Source: Armatimonadota bacterium
Lineage (GTDB): Bacteria; Armatimonadota; SYMT01
Length of the DNA stretch: 64,000 nucleotides
Direction: 5' to 3'
NCBI GenBank assembly: GCA_041690135.1
Contig: JAWLHY010000008.1
Coordinates: 302,784-366,783, forward strand
Position numbers and translations under genes: made by a program
Notes under the pieces: generated by a model
What the model was told of the DNA's origin: nothing
What the model saw: the letters and a program-made list of their open reading frames with translations, nothing else
The model's database searches: none
Part shown: positions 58,451 through 64,000 of the stretch, in pieces
How positions within the stretch are numbered: position 1 is the stretch's first letter
Layout of the letters: each line of letters starts with the position of its first letter

Positions 58451-59593
58451 GTGGATTCGTTTGCTTTCCATACGCCACCCAAGATCCTGTATGGCTGGGG
58501 GGCCGCAACCCAGTTAGCCGGAGAGACGGCCCGATGCGGAAGGCGGCCGCTGCTCGTCACCGGTCGCAGTCTGCGCGCCAGTGGAGTGCTGGAGGCGATC
58601 CTGGACGACCTGCTGGATGCCGGACTCCAGCCGTCGGTCCATGAGGGAGTGCCGCCGGAACCGGACCTGGCCGCCCTCCAGGCCTGCATGGACGCCGCCG
58701 AGGAGGCGGACTGCATCATTGCCGTCGGCGGCGGGAGCGTACTCGACATAGCGAAAGGCGCGGCGGCCCTGGCCGGAACCGGCGCCACCGCGCTGGAGTA
58801 CTTCGCGGGCCGGCCGGTCCCGGAAGTTGGGCGCCCGATCATCGCCATACCCACCACCTCCGGAACCGGGAGCGAGGTCACCTGGGTGTGTGTATTGGTA
58901 GACCACGACACCCGGCGCAAGGCGAGCATCCGCGGACCCGGCATGATGCCCGCGCTGGCCCTGGTGGACCCACAATTAACGGTTACCTGTCCACCACATG
59001 TGACGGCCCACTCGGGCATGGATGCCTTCGTCCAGGCAGTGGAAGCGTTCACCTCCCGCGGAGCCAATCCCATGACCGATTCCCTGGCTCTGGAAGCGGC
59101 GAAACTGACCGCGCGCTGGCTGGAGACGGCTTACCGGGAGCCGGAACACCGTGCGGCGCGGGAGGGGATGGCGCTGGGCAGTATGATGGCCGGGATCGCG
59201 CTGAACACCAGCCGGCTGGGGTTGGTCCACGGCCTGGCGCACCCCCTCGGGGCCGTCACCGGCGCGCCCCACGGCCTCCTCTGCGGCCTGTTGATGCCTC
59301 CGGTGATGCGCTTCAACCGCCAGGTGGCCGCCGGCAAGTACGCGCGGCTGGCCGAGGAATTGGAACTCGTGCCCCTCGGGACGGCGACCGACTCGGCAGT
59401 AAATGCCCTGATCGACTTCACCGAAGACCTGCTCGCGCGGATAGAGATACCCCAACGCCTCCGCGACCTCGGTTTCCAGCCGGACGACCTGGCCTGGGTG
59501 GCTCGCGAAACGATGCCCAGCGGAAGCACCAAGGCAAACCCCCGGCTCGTCAGCCAGGAAGACGCGCGCGAAGTCGCCGCGTCCTGCATCTGA
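58451..59593 (+). CDS. Iron-containing alcohol dehydrogenase
   Basis: GGGSVLDIAK, PTTSGTGSEVT, GMDAFVQAVE, GLVHGLAH, PHG; GTG start after GGAGGAG. Confidence 0.92.
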   Translation: MDSFAFHTPPKILYGWGAATQLAGETARCGRRPLLVTGRSLRASGVLEAILDDLLDAGLQPSVHEGVPPEPDLAALQACMDAAEEADCIIAVGGGSVLDIAKGAAALAGTGATALEYFAGRPVPEVGRPIIAIPTTSGTGSEVTWVCVLVDHDTRRKASIRGPGMMPALALVDPQLTVTCPPHVTAHSGMDAFVQAVEAFTSRGANPMTDSLALEAAKLTARWLETAYREPEHRAAREGMALGSMMAGIALNTSRLGLVHGLAHPLGAVTGAPHGLLCGLLMPPVMRFNRQVAAGKYARLAEELELVPLGTATDSAVNALIDFTEDLLARIEIPQRLRDLGFQPDDLAWVARETMPSGSTKANPRLVSQEDAREVAASCI

Positions 59594-61108
59594 ATGGTGT
59601 CGAACTACGATCTCATCGTCATCGGCGGCGGCATCAACGGGTTGGGCATCGCCGGCCAGGCGGCCGCGGCGGGTCTCTCTGTGCTGATCGTGGAGAAGGG
59701 GGATTGGGGCGGCGGCACCACGGCCACTTCGAGCCGCCTGATCCACGGAGGGCTACGGTATCTCCAATACGGCGAGCTGGCCCTGGTCCGGGAGAGTCTG
59801 CGAGAACGCGGCCATCTCGTTCGGCGGCGTCCGCACCTCATTCGCCCGATCGAGTTGCTGATCCCCGCCTACGACGGGGCCGAACCCCCACGGTGGAAGG
59901 TCGCGATCGGCCTCCGGCTCTACGACCTGCTGGCCCGAGATCCACTGTTCCCGTCGCCCCGCCTGCTGAATGCCGGAGAAGTACTGTCCCGAGAGCCGGC
60001 GCTCTCACCGGAAGGTCTGCAAGGGGGTGCCCTCTACCCGGATGCACAGGTGGAGTTTCCCGAGCGCCTTTGCATTGAGCTCTTGCGCGAGTCCCTGGAG
60101 CAGGGTGCGGAAGCGTGGAATCATCATCGGGTGATCCGGCTGCTCTGGGAACAGGGTCGTGTCGTGGGCTGCCAGGTCCGCGACGAACTGACCGGGGCAG
60201 AACGAGCCGTGAGCGCCCGCATGGTGGTCAATGCCGCCGGACCGTGGGTGGATGCCGTCAATCGCCTCCTTCCGAAACCACCGCCCCGTCTCATCGGCGG
60301 CACGTGGGGCACTCACGTTGTACTTCCCGCGCGACCCGGGGGGCCGCGTGGACCGCTCTATGCTTCCGCCCGTAAGGATGGCCGACCCTTCTTCATCCTT
60401 CCCTGGGATGGGCGCCTGCTCGTCGGCACCACGGATGTCAAGTTCGAAGGGGATCCCGACCAGGTGCGCTCGCAAGCCTGGGAAACCGACTATCTTCTTG
60501 AAGAAATCAATCGGCTGTTCCCCGCTTGTGAGTATGCGGACGCGGATGTCCAGATGACCACCGTGGGGGTGCGACCACTTCCCGCTAGCAAGCGACCCGC
60601 CGGAGCTGTAACCAGACGCCACTTCCTGGTGGACCATGGCGCGCGCCACGGCCTGCCGGGATTGGGAAGCGTGGTGGGCGGAAAACTGACCACTTACCGG
60701 AGCCTTTCGGAGCAGGTTGTGACCTGGGTGCTGCGGAAGCTCGAGCGCCCGCCGGCACCAGCAGACAGCAGCGAGGAGGATGGACCCACATCCGGACTGC
60801 TGGAAAGGGCGACTACCGATGCTGCGAAGTGCGGCATTTCCGTGCCCACTGCGGAACGGTGGACCCGCCTGTATGGGCCCCGCTACACCGAGATCCTGCA
60901 GTTAGTACGGGCGGACGCGGAGCTGCGCCGACCGCTGCGAGAGGGTCGCGATACGGTTGAGGCGGAAGTGGTCCATGCCGTGCGAAACGAGCGAGCGCGG
61001 ACCGTGGACGACATCGCGCGCCGTCGTCTGATGTTGCTGCCCCCGGCTCCGACGGACGTGGAGGCGATCCGGGGTGTAGCAAAGCGGTATGGTCTTGCAC
61101 TGGGGTGA
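59594..61108 (+). CDS. glpD: FAD-dependent glycerol-3-phosphate dehydrogenase
   Basis: IGGGING, SSRLIHGGLRYL, NAAGPWVD, GTTD, GVRPL, GGKLTTYR. Confidence 0.88.
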   Translation: MVSNYDLIVIGGGINGLGIAGQAAAAGLSVLIVEKGDWGGGTTATSSRLIHGGLRYLQYGELALVRESLRERGHLVRRRPHLIRPIELLIPAYDGAEPPRWKVAIGLRLYDLLARDPLFPSPRLLNAGEVLSREPALSPEGLQGGALYPDAQVEFPERLCIELLRESLEQGAEAWNHHRVIRLLWEQGRVVGCQVRDELTGAERAVSARMVVNAAGPWVDAVNRLLPKPPPRLIGGTWGTHVVLPARPGGPRGPLYASARKDGRPFFILPWDGRLLVGTTDVKFEGDPDQVRSQAWETDYLLEEINRLFPACEYADADVQMTTVGVRPLPASKRPAGAVTRRHFLVDHGARHGLPGLGSVVGGKLTTYRSLSEQVVTWVLRKLERPPAPADSSEEDGPTSGLLERATTDAAKCGISVPTAERWTRLYGPRYTEILQLVRADAELRRPLREGRDTVEAEVVHAVRNERARTVDDIARRRLMLLPPAPTDVEAIRGVAKRYGLALG

Positions 61109-61219
61109 TCCGCGGCGCGGACTCCGCACGAGACGGGTTTCGGCACCCCGTGGTTCGTTTGAGTAAGATAACTGCGGAGAAACCCGCAAACTTAAAACGC
61201 CGAATCGCCATCGGGTTGT

Positions 61220-61249
61220 TTGACCGGCAACCCCCAAATATGGTATGAT
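61220..61249 (+). promoter_or_regulatory. Sigma70-type promoter of gyrB
   Basis: TTGACC-N18-TATGAT with extended TGn, 38 nt upstream of the ATG. Confidence 0.55.
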
Positions 61250-61287
61250 GGGGCGCTCGATTAGGCACACATGGAGTATGGCAATAG

Positions 61288-63267
<1,980 letters not shown>

Positions 63268-63292
63268 GGCGGTTTCACGCGAGAACGTTGAC

Positions 63293-63327
63293 AGGGGCCG
63301 GTGCATACGCGCCGGCCCCTTCTTCTT
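63293..63327 (+). terminator. Intrinsic terminator after gyrB
   Basis: AGGGGCCGGTGC-ATAC-GCGCCGGCCCCT followed by TCTTCTT. Confidence 0.7.
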
Positions 63328-63646
63328 GAGCGCCCGGTCTATGGCGCCAACGAAACAAGGCCTCGGTCGAACGGAAAAGCCGCAGTGCCCGCACCGGTAA
63401 AGATAGGGTCGGCCCGTAACCCGGCGCAGTGAGGGCTGTCGCCGACCAGGATCATGCACCCGCATCTGGAATGCACTACGGTACGTCCTGCGCGCGTGCC
63501 CGTTGTGCAAAGCGATCCCTTTCCACCGTCGAAGTCTGAATCCAACTGACAACTACCAATTCGGATTCAGTCACCCCGTAGATTCATCTCTTACCAGTGT
63601 GCTACTGCGCAAGACGCAAACAATTGGCGCAGTTTCGGAAAGCTAA

Positions 63647-63993
63647 GTGGTGCATCCGGCAAGTGCCAGTAAGATTTTCCTGGCGCCGGAACACGTCCGG
63701 CGGAGCGGGTCGGGTCCCGTCCGGGCGAGCCATTGACAGCGGCACCGGTAGGGAACGTCTCGCCGCAGCGTTCCGCCGTCCTGGGGCTGAACCCGTTCTG
63801 CCAATGCGTGGCAGCACCGGCGCCGGTCCGGTTCGGTTTGGCGCAACGGGATCAGCGTCCCCGACGGCGGAATGGAACGGCGTCACATTCCCTACTGTCC
63901 GGGCCACCGAGGGCACGTCATTGGCCCGGTAGCTTGCGTGGTGACTGCGATGCCACCTACGGAAAACTGACCTCCACTTGCCGGATGCACCAC
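63647..63993. mobile_element. 347-bp non-coding element with terminal inverted repeats (putative MITE; structured ncRNA not excluded)
   Basis: 19-bp perfect IR GTGGTGCATCCGGCAAGTG (63647-63665) / CACTTGCCGGATGCACCAC (63975-63993), flanked by TAA on both sides; no credible ORF; extensive internal hairpins. Confidence 0.6.
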
Positions 63994-64000
63994 TAAGGGG

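Overview
A GC-rich, gene-dense bacterial chromosomal window made up mostly of core and housekeeping genes. The mix of Planctomycete-type DUF1553/DUF1501 genes with Terrabacteria-like groESL, SigB cluster, gatCAB and gyrB suggests Armatimonadota, but this is inference only. About 60 CDSs are supported: a DUF1553-DUF1501-cytochrome c/WD40-PPC cluster, dapF with NHL and propeller/TPR genes, a hybrid sensor kinase, fba, mnmA, ytxH-rsbV-rsbW-sigB, galTK, an FmdB zinc ribbon, murQ-anmK, an ECF sigma/anti-sigma/RseB set, groESL, gatCAB-fabV-zwf, cysM-mec-cysO, NlpC/P60, an HNH two-gene module, glpD and gyrB. I found no rRNA, tRNA, CRISPR array or transposase. The most notable unexplained signals are: (1) a 347-bp non-coding element at the window end (63647-63993) with 19-bp perfect terminal inverted repeats, flanking TAA direct repeats and a ~150-nt internal hairpin, either a MITE or a retron-like ncRNA; (2) an apparently kinase-dead RsbW in the sigB operon, with an intact orphan paralog 16 kb away; (3) a shared terminal RFxxLE motif on two adjacent beta-propeller proteins; (4) structured non-coding regions at 37411-38134 and upstream of the NlpC/P60 gene; (5) two perfect CIRCE operators, at groES and the fmdB-like gene; (6) unannotated pseudogene remnants (HNH C-terminal half, Clp-N repeat); (7) substitutions in the GyrB Toprim/QRDR motifs. 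All product calls come from motif recognition by eye, not from database searches.
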